Shown in pieces: positions 62,490 to 64,000 of a stretch of DNA of 64,000 bases. Source of the stretch: Candidatus Bathyarchaeota archaeon (lineage in GTDB: Archaea > Thermoproteota > Bathyarchaeia > Bathyarchaeales > Bathycorpusculaceae); contig CAVZJV010000014.1 of NCBI GenBank assembly GCA_963775685.1, positions 800,001 through 864,000 of the forward strand. The letters are read 5' to 3'. The translations under genes and the position numbers were made by a program. The notes beneath the pieces were generated by a model. It was not told the DNA's origin. It saw only the letters and a list, made by a program, of their open reading frames with translations, and searched no databases. Positions within the stretch are counted from its first letter, which is position 1; each line of letters begins with the position of its first letter.

Positions 62490-62915
62490 TCATATTGGAA
62501 ATCAACCAATAATAACCCTATCGCGCGGCGAAAAAATCAGGATAGCGATAATCTTCTCAATATTCTTCTCCACAACAGCCATCGGATATTCAGCAGCTCT
62601 TGTCGTAGGAAACATCGCCATGATCCTAGGCGGCTTAGGCATCGTCGCATGCGTTCTCGGTTTATGCCACGGCTTCGATGCAAACCACATAACAACCATC
62701 TGACAACGCAGGACACAGCTGACGGCGTTGCAATGCCTTGCTTACGGATGGGCTTTCCAGGACCACATCAGAAAAATCCACTGCAACCCAACCGTCACTT
62801 TCATTGCATATTCAACGTGTCATGGCTGGCTTTCTTTGGCTACTGGCGATACAAAAAATATGACACGCTTGATCCGTTCAAGCAAACGTCACAACCGCCT
62901 ATAACCTCCACCTAA
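62476..62915 (+). pseudogene. HoxN/NixA (NiCoT) nickel transporter, internally deleted and frameshifted
   Basis: LGLCHGFDANHI (RHxxDxDH signature degraded) joined directly to DTADGVAM..AYGWAF..IRK. Confidence 0.8.
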
Positions 62916-62967
62916 ATCTGTAGTCGGTTTGAAAAGTTTTTATCCGTGATTTAGCCATCTAAGGCTA

Positions 62968-63858
62968 ATGTCGAACAAAGAATTTTTTACAAGCCGCTAC
63001 GAACGGTTAGGCTGGAAATATCAAGAAGTGACCCTAAAGCAAGCCATCCGAGTAAACAACACTAACGCGAAAGGAAAAAAACTCGTTGCAAGGCTTGCAT
63101 CTTTAGGTGTTCACTTGGAAAAAATCCCCTTCTTAGATTCCGGCTACTGGGTTATTGACTCCAAAGTTTCCGCTGGCGCAACTGCAGAATACCTATTGGG
63201 GCTGTATTCTATTCAGGAAGCAGCCGCTCAAATCCCCGTCTCCTTATTCACCCAACTGAAAAGCAAAAAAATACTTGATGCCGCGGCTGCCCCAGGTGGC
63301 AAAACCGTACATCTTGCGGATTTGATGGACAACACCGGAGCGATTGTCGCTTTGGATGTGGATAAACGACGACTAAACGCATTGAGTAATCATCTGGAAC
63401 GATGCCACATTAGCAATACAGTGGTTTACCTGTTGGATGCAAGGCAAGCCTCAAATCTTGGCTTAAAGTTTGATCGAGTACTTTTGGACATTCCTTGCTC
63501 GGGCAATTTTGCTTCAGACAGGGATTGGTTTAAGCATCGAACTCTCAAAGACATCGAACGAAACGCGACTCTGCAGCGGGAGATTCTAACAAAAGCAGTT
63601 AATTGCCTTAGCGATGACGGAGAAATCGTGTATTCTACCTGTTCGTTGGAGCCTGAAGAAGACGAGTTGAACATTGATTGGGCAATAAAAAACCTCACCC
63701 TACAACCTGAACAGATCTACTGCCAAGGAGAACGAGGCTTAACTAACATTTTCGGCAAACAACTCGACCCTTCGATTAAATATTGCAAGCGACTATGGCC
63801 AGGCGAAACCCAAGGATTTTTTGTATGCAAACTAAAGAAACGGAGTTCACGGCCATGA
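62968..63858 (+). CDS. RsmB/NOP2 family RNA m5C methyltransferase
   Basis: QEAAA, DAAAAPGGKT, FDRVLLDIPCSG, YSTCSL.PEEDE. Confidence 0.94.
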   Translation: MSNKEFFTSRYERLGWKYQEVTLKQAIRVNNTNAKGKKLVARLASLGVHLEKIPFLDSGYWVIDSKVSAGATAEYLLGLYSIQEAAAQIPVSLFTQLKSKKILDAAAAPGGKTVHLADLMDNTGAIVALDVDKRRLNALSNHLERCHISNTVVYLLDARQASNLGLKFDRVLLDIPCSGNFASDRDWFKHRTLKDIERNATLQREILTKAVNCLSDDGEIVYSTCSLEPEEDELNIDWAIKNLTLQPEQIYCQGERGLTNIFGKQLDPSIKYCKRLWPGETQGFFVCKLKKRSSRP

Positions 63859-64000
63859 ACCCAAAGCCAATAACAAATTTTGCTGCCCAATTCGGAGTCC
63901 AAATCGCTTTGAATTTAGATTTGATGGTTGAGAAAAGTGGACGCTTCTATCTTATTAATCCTGTTTTGAAACTTCTTGTAAAGCAGGATTTCTTTTATGC
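63855..64000 (+). CDS. Partial CDS coupled to the methyltransferase (NIP7/PUA-like by context)
   Basis: ATGA overlap with upstream stop; open to window end. Confidence 0.55.
   Translation, partial: MNPKPITNFAAQFGVQIALNLDLMVEKSGRFYLINPVLKLLVKQDFFY

Overview
Archaeal chromosome segment. Gene style suggests class Bathyarchaeia (inference): large PQQ-like beta-propeller surface proteins, DUF1512, short-form purA, a stand-alone 5S rRNA, TATA promoters and Zn-ribbon tyrosine integrases. Layout: (1) 1-24.2 kb is a tandem integration hotspot at the 3' end of tRNA-Leu(CAG). A 23.5-kb island lies between 35-bp att repeats (642-676 and 24179-24213), with an integrase next to the tRNA, and the end of a second, older island with an integrase remnant lies to its left. 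The island is a mosaic of mobile-element gene relics and cargo. Relics: a GNAT/Mom-like acetyltransferase (twice), a PolB2-partner-like stub (twice), a type III Mod N-terminus and HTH genes. Cargo: PRC-barrels, MarC, a binding protein plus sensor kinase, chloroperoxidase, a HEPN plus 2TM pair, ester cyclases, pirin, a YegP-MscL fusion and a PQQ surface protein. (2) 24.4-28.9 kb holds arsenic genes (arsC, arsR, arsM). (3) 29-55 kb is mostly intact core/metabolic genes: 5S rRNA, map, two glgP, a PAS-only sensor, trpS, a CheB-CheR-PAS-kinase hybrid, an HtrA-like protease, purA and an M20 peptidase. (4) 55-60.7 kb holds a dead tyrosine recombinase followed by two cargo cassettes bounded by the same left (X) and right (Y) repeats. 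(5) The end holds nadA, nikR with an operator and a deleted NiCoT gene, and an RsmB/NOP2 methyltransferase. Best leads: the X/Y cassette array, the YegP-MscL fusion with an apparently permuted cytoplasmic helix, the integrase + PQQ-surface-gene tandem islands, the HEPN+2TM pair, and a structured intergenic region upstream of trpS. All calls were made by eye with no database searches.
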